Source of the DNA: Nitrosopumilaceae archaeon
Lineage (GTDB): Archaea; Thermoproteota; Nitrososphaeria; Nitrososphaerales; Nitrosopumilaceae
Assembly (NCBI GenBank): GCA_965207375.1
Contig: OZ242274.1
Location: forward strand, 672,001-736,000
Reading direction: 5' to 3'
DNA: 64,000 bases
Made by a program: the position numbers and the translations under genes. Below, piece by piece: positions 30,466-40,692 of this stretch. Under the pieces are notes generated by a model, which was not told the origin of the DNA, made no database searches, and worked only from the letters and a program-made list of their open reading frames with translations. The number at the start of each line of letters is the position of its first letter. Position 1 is the first letter of the stretch.

Positions 30466-30542
30466 AGAGGTGATTCGTAATTAGAACACCACGTCTAACA
30501 AGAGCAAAAATCCGTGCCCAGATCTAATTACGAATCATGGCT
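30466..30542. mobile_element. 77-bp IS5-type MITE, copy B
   Basis: Near-identical to 14992-15068; no TSD retained. Confidence 0.88.
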
Positions 30543-30574
30543 AGGCACGTAACCAAGAATTTTTCATATAGTAG

Positions 30575-31138
30575 TTAATGCTGAAGAATCTTCCAGGCCG
30601 TAATGCTAGAGCCTATTTGATCCTGTGTACCGTGTGTGCGAGTCTGATAACCTAGTTTCTGTAAAAAGGGCGGATAAATGGGACTTGTATGATCTTCATT
30701 TTGGTTATTGTCAAAAACGGTGTCATCTTTTGGAAACAGACCATATGGCGTTCCTAAAACAACTAGCTTTTTGCAAAGCTTTTCAAGTTTTTCTAGCGTT
30801 TTGGCAATATCTTCTCTTGGTAAAAGATCAATGCCGTGCCAAAAAAAGATGACATCAAATTTTTCTAGATTGAATTTTTCAACCTCGCGTATGTCTCCGT
30901 GAATTATGGTATAGATGTCGGTATTAGAAAATTTTGCCTTTAGAAATGTCACATTCTCTGAAAATATTTCCAAGATTGTAATGTTTGAAAATTTCTTATT
31001 CTCAAAAATATCAACAAAGTGCTGGCGTCTTTTATTTGCCCCAACATAAAGAACGCTTTTAAAATTTGATGAAAAAAGCTGGGGAATCCATTGGTTTACT
31101 AGTCTTTCACGCTCAATCTGAAGGTTGTTTTTATCCAT
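30575..31138 (-). CDS. Class I SAM-dependent methyltransferase-like protein
   Basis: VLYVGA, ILEI, IHGDI, FDVIFFWHG, GTPYG. Start trimmed to MDKNN. Confidence 0.7.
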   Translation of the reverse strand: MDKNNLQIERERLVNQWIPQLFSSNFKSVLYVGANKRRQHFVDIFENKKFSNITILEIFSENVTFLKAKFSNTDIYTIIHGDIREVEKFNLEKFDVIFFWHGIDLLPREDIAKTLEKLEKLCKKLVVLGTPYGLFPKDDTVFDNNQNEDHTSPIYPPFLQKLGYQTRTHGTQDQIGSSITAWKILQH

Positions 31139-31173
31139 GATAATGATTGATTTGAGGCATCTAAAAACATATC

Positions 31174-31941
31174 CTAATTGGTGATGAGGTTTTTTTGGAT
31201 CATGATACACATCTCTTTTCCGGTACAAAACCTTACATCGTGAGAATCTAACAGTTTCATAATTTCAGAATACATACGGCCGCCCCTCATTTGCAGGACA
31301 TTATCATGCCATATGAGGGAAATAATTTTATCATTTCTTTGCAATACGGTATCAAAAAAGCTAAGAATATTATCTTCGTTGATGCCCATGCATGCAAAAA
31401 GAAATACATCTGCTACTGTCACCGGAAATTGAATTATCTCTTTTTGATAAAATCCAAAGTCATCATCTACTAGCTCGGTTTTGGAAAATTTCAAAGATGA
31501 ATCGTATTTGAATCCTACCTCTGCCAATTTAGATGGCAGTGCATCATTATAGTTTAGATAGTGAACTCTATTGCCTATTATCTTGTTTTTAGTAATGCTA
31601 GATAGTTGTTCGTATTCGTGTTTTATGTGGTCTGTTTGATAAATTGATTGGGGGTCTAAATGCAGTCCTATCTCCCACCCTGACTGTTCAAGCTCGTTTA
31701 TCTGGTTTTTATATTCTAAAAAATCACCATTCTCGTATTTTGTTCTGAAAAAAAACGTTGAACGACAGTCATATTTTTCCTCTATGGACATGATTTCATT
31801 AAAATTGTTATAAGGATTAATAGAGTCCAAATTGTCTAGAACTGATTTATCAAAACGTTCTTTTCTGTCTAATATGTGCTGTTTGGGAGGACCTGAAAAT
31901 CTCCAATCAACATCGTGGCTGAGAAAAACAAATTTTTCCAT
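31174..31941 (-). CDS. Polysaccharide deacetylase family protein
   Basis: SHDVD, STFFF, WEIGLH, GNRVHYL, GFKYDSS, LIWH. Confidence 0.85.
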   Translation of the reverse strand: MEKFVFLSHDVDWRFSGPPKQHILDRKERFDKSVLDNLDSINPYNNFNEIMSIEEKYDCRSTFFFRTKYENGDFLEYKNQINELEQSGWEIGLHLDPQSIYQTDHIKHEYEQLSSITKNKIIGNRVHYLNYNDALPSKLAEVGFKYDSSLKFSKTELVDDDFGFYQKEIIQFPVTVADVFLFACMGINEDNILSFFDTVLQRNDKIISLIWHDNVLQMRGGRMYSEIMKLLDSHDVRFCTGKEMCIMIQKNLITN

Positions 31942-32084
31942 AACAAAAAAATTCAGATTACTAGTTTAAGGATTTCCATCAAATCATAGACAGATAGTAG
32001 CACAACTCTACCTAAACTAGTGAAAAGTGTGATAAATTTTATGCTTAAATTTGAGTTACGCTACTAGTTATCAAATCATGAGAA

Positions 32085-32720
32085 CTAGTCCGTGGATATA
32101 ATTTTTGGATCAGGTGCTTCATACACACTATTTTTGGCAGTGTCGGATTTTACAAATACGTTAGCTCCGACAAATGTTTTTTCTGCAATCTTTACACGCT
32201 GTTTGATGGTGCAGTTCAATCCCAATGTAGCACCAGAATTAATTGTTACCCTGCCTGCCACACAAACACTGGTTGTAATAAAGCAGTGATCATCTATATT
32301 TGTATGATGACCTACAATATTTGAGGAAAGCATTATGACATTATTTCCCATGCAAACATGGGGTTCAAAGTTGTTGTTTGCAAGAATAATGCAGTTTTCG
32401 CCCATTTTTGTTGTTTTGTGCAATATGCTGGTTGCGTGAATGTAATTTACAAGACAGTACCCTTTGGATTTTACGCGCTCAAATACGTTTTTGCGTTTCT
32501 GATTACGTTTGGAAAAACCAATCACGATTAGCATTTTGTAGGTATCTGGAGGATATTTGCTCTGAATTTCTGCAAAATCGACAATCGGCAAGCCATTTAA
32601 TTGGTTCTGTGTAGGGTTGTCTTGAGTATATGCTATGATTTCAAATTGCTGGTCCTCTTCAATATAGTCGTGTAATATTTGAGCCAATTGACCGGTTCCA
32701 AAAATAATAATTTTTTCCAA
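32085..32720 (-). CDS. Sugar O/N-acetyltransferase, NeuD/PglD-like
   Basis: IIIFGTG, N..R, YIH, VGHH and hexapeptide repeats. Start trimmed to TTG (LEKII). Confidence 0.85.
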   Translation of the reverse strand: MEKIIIFGTGQLAQILHDYIEEDQQFEIIAYTQDNPTQNQLNGLPIVDFAEIQSKYPPDTYKMLIVIGFSKRNQKRKNVFERVKSKGYCLVNYIHATSILHKTTKMGENCIILANNNFEPHVCMGNNVIMLSSNIVGHHTNIDDHCFITTSVCVAGRVTINSGATLGLNCTIKQRVKIAEKTFVGANVFVKSDTAKNSVYEAPDPKIISTD

Positions 32721-32949
32721 CGTAAATTTTGGTCTGTTCAAATTATAAAAAGTAATCCATAATCTAATCATTTGCATCTAGATTTTTACAATAGACTTCA
32801 TGCACAATTGATCAACTTAAAATAAAATTTTCAAATTAAGGCTAAAAATTAAGCATTTTTAATTCAAAATTTGATTATGCATAAGGTCTAGTATAAGGTG
32901 ATATGATTTTAGATTAAGATGTCTATATCTGTCACCTCTTTGATCTGAT

Positions 32950-33730
32950 CAGCTAAGCGAAATGTGGCCTAAATCCTAGTCTGCGGCGGCTTGGACTGAC
33001 GTATCATCTACATTGTATCTACTGAGAAAAACTCACGATCACACAATACCAGACGAACTCTTATTCCCAAATCAGACAGTGTTTTGAGCAGAAAATTCAC
33101 TGATTTAGGCACGGAATCAAGCATTTTGAGATGCATTGCAGCAAGGACTACTCTCCTAGTATCATCCACACAGTGAACCGTTATGTAACGCCAAGTATGT
33201 CGTGCCGTTTTTGTATTTGGAACGGGTCAGCTCCTCCCCATGTGTCCTGTCATAACGGCATATGAGATGTAGGTCAATTGCAACTGTAATCACCTTCTTT
33301 GGAATCTTTCCTATTTTTTTGAGAATTTCAATCTGTCTTGCTATCTGTGATTGGAAAACGTCTTGTACTGATTCCTGTGTAATCCCTTTGATTGCAGATG
33401 CATACCACCTGTCAGATGGCATATTGCTGTTTTTTTGTTTTACTGCATTTGCACATCCTCCTACGGAGGCATCCATGATAGCAGCCCTCAACATTCTGGT
33501 GTTAAGATCATCGACTCCATATATCGTATTGCCCCTGACTGACCAAGTAGTGCATGCAAGCATGTTTTTGGCACCAGATGCAGCATTTTGATATAATCGT
33601 GGGTTGTTTAATAGTTCACGGCTCTGTTTGGTTTTTTGTCTTGACACTGAAAATTATCGAGCCACCCCTATTGATCTGTTTGCATTTTGGGGTAGATTTT
33701 GGCCTATTTTGCCCACATTTCGCTTAGCTG
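32950..33730 (-). mobile_element. Internally deleted ISH3/IS4-type element
   Basis: Perfect 17-bp TIR CAGCTAAGCGAAATGTG; 781 bp; contains the 5' part of a transposase. Confidence 0.85.
33162..33647 (-). pseudogene. Truncated ISH3-type transposase
   Basis: PS.RW, VAIDLH..RY, SKYKNGT (first catalytic Asp region only). Confidence 0.8.
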
Positions 33731-33802
33731 ATTCAATTTACGAAAATTGGACAAGGACAATTCTAACAAAGAAATTAATGAAAGTAACAAAATCAGCAAT
33801 TC

Positions 33803-34702
33803 ATGCGTTTTGCAGTTACAGGCGGAGCAGGTTTTATTGGAAGTCATCTCACACATCATCTAGTAAAGCAGGGCCATGATGTAGTTGTAATTGACAATAA
33901 ATTCCGTGGAAGGCTAGAAAATCTGTCTGGTGTTTTAGACAGGATTGAATTTCACACTTTGGATATCTTAGATACTAAGGCACTGAATTCTGCTTTAAAA
34001 GATGCAGATGGTATTTTCCATCAAGCCGCATTAACGTCTGTTTCAGAATCATATACTAAAGAAGACAAGTACAAGCTTGTAAACGTCACTGGAACCGAAA
34101 ATATTTTTAAAATTGCCAAGGAGTTTAATCAAAAGGTTGTTTATGCAAGCAGCTCTAGTGTTTATGGAAATACCGAGAAACTTCCCATAAAAGAGGACAC
34201 TACACGAAACCCAATCAATCCCTACGGGTTGACCAAACTAGAGGATGAAATTTTGGCACAAAAATACTCTCAAAGTGGTTCAGAAATTATCGGACTGAGA
34301 TATTTTAACGTATTTGGAAAGGGTCAGACTCTTGATTATGCGGGAGTCATAACAAAATTCCTTGAACGGATTCAAAGTGCTAATCCACCTATAGTTTTTG
34401 GCGATGGTAGTCAATCTAGGGATTTTATTTTTGTAAAAGACGTTGCACGGGCCAATCTAGCAGCCATGCAGGGCAATGTTTCTGATGGATTCTTCAATAT
34501 TGGAACCGGAAATCTAACTACAATCAAGCAGCTTGCAGAAAAGATGATTTTTCTTTCTGGAAAGAATCTTGAACTGTCTTTTGATAAATTACCTGATGGA
34601 GACGTACGTTCTAGCCAGGCCGATGTGAGTTTGTCTCATGATTTGCTGCATTGGAGGTCTGAAACCAGTCTAGAATCTGGCCTGTCCACATTTTTTACGT
34701 AG
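33803..34702 (+). CDS. NAD-dependent epimerase/dehydratase (GalE/WbpP-like)
   Basis: GGAGFIG, ASSSSVYG, YGLTK, LRYFNVFG, RDF. Confidence 0.92.
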   Translation: MRFAVTGGAGFIGSHLTHHLVKQGHDVVVIDNKFRGRLENLSGVLDRIEFHTLDILDTKALNSALKDADGIFHQAALTSVSESYTKEDKYKLVNVTGTENIFKIAKEFNQKVVYASSSSVYGNTEKLPIKEDTTRNPINPYGLTKLEDEILAQKYSQSGSEIIGLRYFNVFGKGQTLDYAGVITKFLERIQSANPPIVFGDGSQSRDFIFVKDVARANLAAMQGNVSDGFFNIGTGNLTTIKQLAEKMIFLSGKNLELSFDKLPDGDVRSSQADVSLSHDLLHWRSETSLESGLSTFFT

Positions 34703-35645
34703 ACTTTACAAGATCTTCATAAAATTTCATATATTCTGGCAATAATGACTCCCATGTGAAATTTTTTGTAACAAATTCATATCCGTTTTGTGCTAATCTT
34801 TGCAGATTTTTGTCATTTAATGCGCCATTTATTGCGTTTAGCAATTCTTCTGAATCATCAGGCTCGACTAAAATCCCATTTTTATTATTTGATATTAATT
34901 CGGGTATGCCTCCAACCGTTGTTGCAACTATTGGCACTTTTAGATAAAATGCTTCTTTAATTACGTGTGGACTGCTTTCGGCTCTTGAAGGAACAACCAT
35001 CAATTGAGATTCCTTTAATTTGATCATTGCATCTCTCCAGGACATATCTGTACAGTATATTACATCAGCATTTATTCTGGATTCAATTTTTTTTAAGATG
35101 TCTATGCCTTTTTCATAACTGTTCCTGCCTACATATACGACCTGTCTGTCTTTTTTTTCAACATCTGGAATATCTTTGAATTTTTCTGGATCTAGGGGCG
35201 TATAAAGACATTCAAATTCAACTCCAAGCTTTTCTTTGTATTGTTTTTGTACAGCTTTTGAATCCGTACTTAGTTTATCTGCATATTTTAGCGCTTTAAT
35301 TTCAACGCTCTTTGATACAGATCCGGCAGTTTTTGAATACATCATACCTATTTGTTCTGAATATACGCCGTAAAGTGACAAAATTTTCTTTTCAGCCTTG
35401 CAGTATTTCATTACAAATGCTGAAGGAACGTTAAATGCATGGACTACATCAAATCTTTCAGTTAGAAATATCGCCTTTATAATACCAAAAAAAACGAAAC
35501 TTAGATTTTTGAGTTTTTTAATTGGTATGTGCGGAACATGCATTAATTTTACATCAAATCCATGCTCTCTTAGCTTGTCTGCCACTCTTTGTGCATGGGC
35601 TCCTGTGCCTCCCTTGTATGTGGAGGCAATAAATAAAATTTTCAT
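34695..35645 (-). CDS. Glycosyltransferase family 4
   Basis: VGR...KG, PSRAE, EA, VGGIPE, NGILV. Confidence 0.9.
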   Translation of the reverse strand: MKILFIASTYKGGTGAHAQRVADKLREHGFDVKLMHVPHIPIKKLKNLSFVFFGIIKAIFLTERFDVVHAFNVPSAFVMKYCKAEKKILSLYGVYSEQIGMMYSKTAGSVSKSVEIKALKYADKLSTDSKAVQKQYKEKLGVEFECLYTPLDPEKFKDIPDVEKKDRQVVYVGRNSYEKGIDILKKIESRINADVIYCTDMSWRDAMIKLKESQLMVVPSRAESSPHVIKEAFYLKVPIVATTVGGIPELISNNKNGILVEPDDSEELLNAINGALNDKNLQRLAQNGYEFVTKNFTWESLLPEYMKFYEDLVKST

Positions 35646-35769
35646 TTTCTAATTTTAATTATATGTATATGATAAATCTTGTCTATGAGAGAATTGTGTT
35701 GTGTAACAATGCTAATCTAAATATGGAATATTCTATATAGTGTGATATTGTCGTAAATTGTGAGAAAAG

Positions 35770-36756
35770 ATGAGGTTTCTGATAATAGGTTTAGGTTCAA
35801 TGGGAAAGCGCAGAATACGAAATTTAATTTCTCTTGGATATCATAATATCGCCGGATATGATATAAAGAGAGAAAGAATGTTAGAGGCTAAAAAAAAATA
35901 CAGCATTGACATTTTAGAGAAAAATAATTTGTACAAAGAAAAAACTGATCTGGTCATAATTTCATCTTCCCCTGACTCACATTTGGAATATGTAAAGCAA
36001 GCATCTAAAAGACAAATTCCATTTTTCGTAGAAGTAAACACAAGCGTTTCAGATATTCAAAGTATAATTAAATTGCAAAAAAAATACCGTGTTTTGGCAA
36101 TTTCTAGCATGACAATGAAGTTTCATCCGGCAATTATCAAAATAAAAAAAATTATAGAATCTAAAAAGATGGGTAAATTTTGTTTTTTAACATATCATTC
36201 TGGAGAGAATCTAGAAGATTGGCATCCTTGGGAGCAAGTCGGCGACTATTATGTTGGAGATATTAAAACAGGCGGGGGAAGAGATCAGGCAGTTTTTGAG
36301 CTTGAATGGATATTTTGGCTTTTTGGCCTACCTAAAGAAATAACTGCAAACACTAAAAAATTATCGAAAATACCTGCAAAAATTTTTGATACATACCAAA
36401 TGAGCTTATCTTTAAGAGATATTCCAATGGCACAAATTATCGTAGACGTAATTCAACGACCTGCAAATAGAATTTTACGTATAGTCTGTGAAAATGGACT
36501 CATCACATGGGATTGGATTGATGGAAGTGTAAGAACATTTAATTCTAAAACAAATTATTGGCAGGAAATTTTTTATGGCGATGGATACAAAGGATTCAGC
36601 GTAGAACAAATGTATCAAGATGAAATTAAAAATGTAATAAAATCTGTTAAAGAAAATAAAAATCATGTCTCAAGTTTTGAATTAGAACTAGCTGCTGCAC
36701 AATCAGTCATTTCTGCTGAGAAAAGCAGTATACAAAAGAGGACTATAAAGATTTAA
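35770..36756 (+). CDS. Gfo/Idh/MocA family oxidoreductase
   Basis: IGLGSMG, H, FFVE, WHPWE, TGG. Confidence 0.88.
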   Translation: MRFLIIGLGSMGKRRIRNLISLGYHNIAGYDIKRERMLEAKKKYSIDILEKNNLYKEKTDLVIISSSPDSHLEYVKQASKRQIPFFVEVNTSVSDIQSIIKLQKKYRVLAISSMTMKFHPAIIKIKKIIESKKMGKFCFLTYHSGENLEDWHPWEQVGDYYVGDIKTGGGRDQAVFELEWIFWLFGLPKEITANTKKLSKIPAKIFDTYQMSLSLRDIPMAQIIVDVIQRPANRILRIVCENGLITWDWIDGSVRTFNSKTNYWQEIFYGDGYKGFSVEQMYQDEIKNVIKSVKENKNHVSSFELELAAAQSVISAEKSSIQKRTIKI

Positions 36757-37795
36757 CATCTGTCTTTTTTAATGCATAACGGGATCTTAATGTTTTTTGA
36801 GCTTTTTTATTTATAATTTTTTCAAAATAAGATGCAGACAAACCAATACATGGTCTCAAACAAGCAATGTTTTCAAGGGTGAATCTCTCACCTTTTTTGA
36901 TCTCTTTTGTTGTGAAAATTGAACGTCTTTGGATTATTCGTGTATCTATTTCTGATTTTTCAACTTTTTTAGTGCCTGTTCCCAATGCAGTTTTGATTTG
37001 TTTGATTTGTTCAACCATCTCCTTGAATTCAGAAGGATTTAGGGAATGAGGATGATCGGGTCCGGAATTTTTTTTATCATCGGTAAAATGTTTTTCAATT
37101 ATACATGCTCCCAAGGCCACACTTGTCAATGGAACCACTATTCCTGCAGTATGATCTGAATATCCATAATTGAGTTTAAATTGATCTCCCATTTTTATCA
37201 TGGCTTTTACATTTGAATCCTCTAAAGGGGAGGGATATTGAGTTACAGACTGCATCAGAATTATTTTGTTATTATTTGTAGATTTGATTGCATTAATTGC
37301 CTGCTTGATTTCTTGAATCGAACTTGCACCGGTTGGCAGCAAAATGGGTTTATTTTTCCTTGCAATATATTTTAGAAATTGAAGATATGTGATATCACCA
37401 GAACCTATCTTAAATGCAGGAATTCCTATTGAATCTAGTAAATCAACGGCTTCATAATCATATGGAGTAGACATGAAATCGATTTTTCTTTTTTTAGCAT
37501 ATTTTGCAAGTTTTTCATGCCAATCCCTTGGAAATTCAGCATCACGGTAAACCTGCCACACCGGTTTTTTCCATTTTGATTGAAATGAGCGCGATTTTTC
37601 AAATCCTTTTTCAGATAATAGTTTGTCAGTTAAAAAACTCTGAAATTTGGCACAGTCTGCACCAGAATCTTTGGCAAGATCAACAAGTTTTTTTGCCTTT
37701 TCAAAACTACCATCAAAGTTTGAGCCTATTTCAGCAATTATGTATGTGGGTTTATCTGGTCCAAGAATTTTACTTCCTATTTTAATTTGCTTCAA
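36743..37795 (-). CDS. Nonulosonic acid synthase (NeuB/PseI family) 1
   Basis: IIAEIGSN, KFQ, FKIGSGD, GYSDHT, IEKHFT, SAF domain. Confidence 0.93.
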   Translation of the reverse strand: MKQIKIGSKILGPDKPTYIIAEIGSNFDGSFEKAKKLVDLAKDSGADCAKFQSFLTDKLLSEKGFEKSRSFQSKWKKPVWQVYRDAEFPRDWHEKLAKYAKKRKIDFMSTPYDYEAVDLLDSIGIPAFKIGSGDITYLQFLKYIARKNKPILLPTGASSIQEIKQAINAIKSTNNNKIILMQSVTQYPSPLEDSNVKAMIKMGDQFKLNYGYSDHTAGIVVPLTSVALGACIIEKHFTDDKKNSGPDHPHSLNPSEFKEMVEQIKQIKTALGTGTKKVEKSEIDTRIIQRRSIFTTKEIKKGERFTLENIACLRPCIGLSASYFEKIINKKAQKTLRSRYALKKTDVKSL

Positions 37796-37815
37796 CTATG
37801 AAATATAAAATATTG

Positions 37816-38694
37816 TTAATTATTTAGGTATCTATTCAAGGATGATTGATTTTCTTTTACCCATTCCATATATCCAGGAATTTTTGTTTTTATGAAAAAT
37901 TTTGATTTGGCATTATTCAATGAGGTATTTTTAGGCCTCTTAACGCCAGGTTTCTGATCATCTATGCTTCCTTTTCTTAAAGGATTTTTTAATTTGAAAT
38001 AATCCAAGATGTTTTTTATAAAATCATATTTGGATATTGGAAAATTCTGCGACAGATGCAATATACCAGAATATTGTATTTCCAAAGATTCTACAATCAT
38101 TTTACTTAGAGTAGATGCATCTAAAGGAGAAAATATTACATCAGAGAACCCTGTAAAGCCTTTTCCCTGTTTAATATTTTCAAAGATCCAATTTAGAAAA
38201 TATTTTCTTGTTGGATATAATCCATAAAAATTGGTCCGTATAATGATGTAGTCATTACATATTTGTGCAACATTTTTTTCACCATCAAATTTTGATTGTG
38301 CATAAGCGTTTTGTGGATTTGGCTTGTCAGATTCATCATAGTTTCCTCTAATGCCATCAAAAACTGAATCAGTGGAAATGTGAATTAGTCTTGTTTTATT
38401 TTCATTACATATTTGTGCAACATTTTTTGCACCAATTGAATTGACATCAAAGGCTTCTTTAGGATGAGTTTCTAAAAAATCAATATCCCCTCTGGCTGCA
38501 CAATTGATTGCAAAATCAGGATTTATTTTCTTTACTACTTTTTCTACTGAATCAATATCGCAAATATTCAAGCAGGAACTATCAGGTGAGGTATTTTTAT
38601 AATATGTTCCAAATATTTCAAAATCGTTCATGACTGCCTGCTTTTTAATATAATGACCCAAAGAACCCTGTCCAATCAAAAGGATTTTTTTCAT
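37816..38694 (-). CDS. RmlD-like SDR (NDP-4-keto sugar reductase)
   Basis: G.GSLG, INCAA, HISTDSVFDG, YAQSK. Confidence 0.88.
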   Translation of the reverse strand: MKKILLIGQGSLGHYIKKQAVMNDFEIFGTYYKNTSPDSSCLNICDIDSVEKVVKKINPDFAINCAARGDIDFLETHPKEAFDVNSIGAKNVAQICNENKTRLIHISTDSVFDGIRGNYDESDKPNPQNAYAQSKFDGEKNVAQICNDYIIIRTNFYGLYPTRKYFLNWIFENIKQGKGFTGFSDVIFSPLDASTLSKMIVESLEIQYSGILHLSQNFPISKYDFIKNILDYFKLKNPLRKGSIDDQKPGVKRPKNTSLNNAKSKFFIKTKIPGYMEWVKENQSSLNRYLNN

Positions 38695-38712
38695 GAGTTG
38701 TGTTAGACTAAA

Positions 38713-39720
38713 TTATATGTAATTCTTTAGAACAGATTTTAATTCCTCAATGGACATTTTTGGAGCAGTGTCAGAGGAATAATCACCTTCAAAGCAAACA
38801 TCAGGATATTGTTCATAGGACTTTATTGCTTGCGCGTTTGCAGTATTTGATTCGGCAAGTGTTTGTGGATGCAAAATAGCATAACTATCTCCGAGATCTT
38901 TTGTGAGCTTTATCTCATATTTGTTTATCAATAATTCATGCAATTTTTCTCCGGGTCTTGCATTAATTATCTCATGCTGACCTTTACCCAGCAGGTCTTC
39001 TAGTGCATTGACCAAATCCATGATATTATAGGATTTTAATTTCGGAACGAAAACTTCAGAACGAACAGATCTCAGAGTACTCTTTAAAATAAAATCAATT
39101 GCCTGATCCATAGTTATTGTGAATCTAGTCATCTTACGATCAGTAATGGTGATTTTTTCTTGATTTTTAATTTGATTAATGAATAATGGTATTACAGAAC
39201 CACTGCTTGCTACAACATTTCCGTATCGTAATGCAAGAAAACGTGTTTTGTACTTTTCTGTACTGTATTCATTAACTGCATTAATGAACAATTTTTCCAT
39301 AAGGAGTTTTGTAGCGCCATAAGTATTCAGTGGAGATACTGCTTTATCTGTTCCAACTCCTACTACTTTTTCAACATGGTTTTTGGCACATGCGACAATA
39401 AGATTTTCTGAACCCAATATGTTGGTTTTTATGGATTCACTAGGATTATTCTCTATTAGCGGTACATGTTTTAATGCTGCTGCATGAAAAACAACATTTA
39501 CACCTTCAACAGCTCGCATTAATCGCATTTGATCTCTGATATCTCCAATCAAAAATCTCAGCCTTGGATCATCGAATTTGGATTGCATTTCTACCTGTTT
39601 GCTCTCATTTCTACTAAAAATTCTCAGAGTTTTGATATCAAACTCTAGCAATTTTTTTGTCAGAGCTTGCCCTAATGAACCAGTACCGCCAGTTATTAGA
39701 ATATTTTTATCTTCAAACAA
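38713..39720 (-). CDS. UDP-GlcNAc 4,6-dehydratase (PseB/FlaA1/CapD-like)
   Basis: TGGTGSLG, HAAALKHVP, TDKA, YGATK, RYGNV, MTRF, RPGEKLHE. Confidence 0.92.
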   Translation of the reverse strand: MFEDKNILITGGTGSLGQALTKKLLEFDIKTLRIFSRNESKQVEMQSKFDDPRLRFLIGDIRDQMRLMRAVEGVNVVFHAAALKHVPLIENNPSESIKTNILGSENLIVACAKNHVEKVVGVGTDKAVSPLNTYGATKLLMEKLFINAVNEYSTEKYKTRFLALRYGNVVASSGSVIPLFINQIKNQEKITITDRKMTRFTITMDQAIDFILKSTLRSVRSEVFVPKLKSYNIMDLVNALEDLLGKGQHEIINARPGEKLHELLINKYEIKLTKDLGDSYAILHPQTLAESNTANAQAIKSYEQYPDVCFEGDYSSDTAPKMSIEELKSVLKNYI

Positions 39721-39905
39721 ACCTATGCCGATGTCTTTTCAATAGTAATTATTCGTTTCTTGCAGAACAGTCAATTTACAGGCAGATCAAATGAGGAGAA
39801 ATACGGTAACACTTTGACTTTCTAAAGTTGCGTGCATAAAAATACCAAATCTCTGATTTTCACATTTGATTCAGGCATGGCACTTTGTCAAATAGATCAA
39901 TTACT

Positions 39906-40004
39906 CAGCTAAACAAAATGTGGATAAAACAGGCCAAAATATACCCCAAAATGTAGCGAATAATATTGGCGGGGTAAGAATTTGGTTCACATTTCGCTTA
40001 GCTG
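39906..40004. mobile_element. ISH3-type MITE, copy A
   Basis: CAGCTAAACAAAATGTG...CACATTTCGCTTAGCTG; no TSD. Confidence 0.85.
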
Positions 40005-40259
40005 GCTTTATCCCATTCTCATCCCAGTTATAGTGTCAATGAATTCAGACAGGCAATACTTTGCACATTTTGATACATCCATGGCGCTGTTTAGATGATA
40101 TCATGCTAAAATTAGGCACGAATTACGAACCCCCCCTGTTTTAGCGTATTTTGGCAGAACTACATGCTTGGCCAAAGCCTTTGAAAATAACGAAATCAGC
40201 GCAAGGGCACGATTCAAAATTTTCAGAATCAAAAACAAAAAGCGTTGTTGCTAGTTGTA

Positions 40260-40559
40260 TTATGTAAGTGGACTTTTACATCTTCTATAATTACTGAGTA
40301 TGTGTTGTACTGCTCTCACTGTAACATGTAAGTATTCTTTCTCTTCTTGACTTTTCGCTGCCAGATCTTTTGTGATCTCATCAAGACGTGTATTGGTATA
40401 TTTAAGGTCCTTAATGGTATTTTTAAATATCTCATCATAACTAGCACTATAACTACCATCATAAACTTCTGCTTTTACTGCCTTTAGATACTCTTTGTAT
40501 TTTTTCCTTTTTTCATCACGTTTATCATCAATATCCATGCAGTGACTATCAATATCCAT
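40260..40559 (-). CDS. Hypothetical protein
   Basis: 99-aa helical ORF whose start lies in a 21-bp tandem duplication. Confidence 0.45.
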   Translation of the reverse strand: MDIDSHCMDIDDKRDEKRKKYKEYLKAVKAEVYDGSYSASYDEIFKNTIKDLKYTNTRLDEITKDLAAKSQEEKEYLHVTVRAVQHILSNYRRCKSPLT

Positions 40560-40568
40560 GCAGTGACT
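40527..40568. repeat. 21-bp perfect tandem repeat x2
   Basis: ATCAATATCCATGCAGTGACT occurs twice. Confidence 0.9.
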
Positions 40569-40692
40569 ACCCGATAACCATTATTTACATGATCGGCTCG
40601 ATCTAATAGGAAATATCAGTGAAAATACAGTGAAATGATCGTGAAATGTTAGTGATTAGCTTACATTGACTATGCCTAAGCTTACATCTTTT

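Noticed and set aside
32950-40004. Past inversion between the ISH3 derivative and MITE copy A
   Set aside because: The flanking 5-mers do not match in swapped or reverse-complement arrangement.
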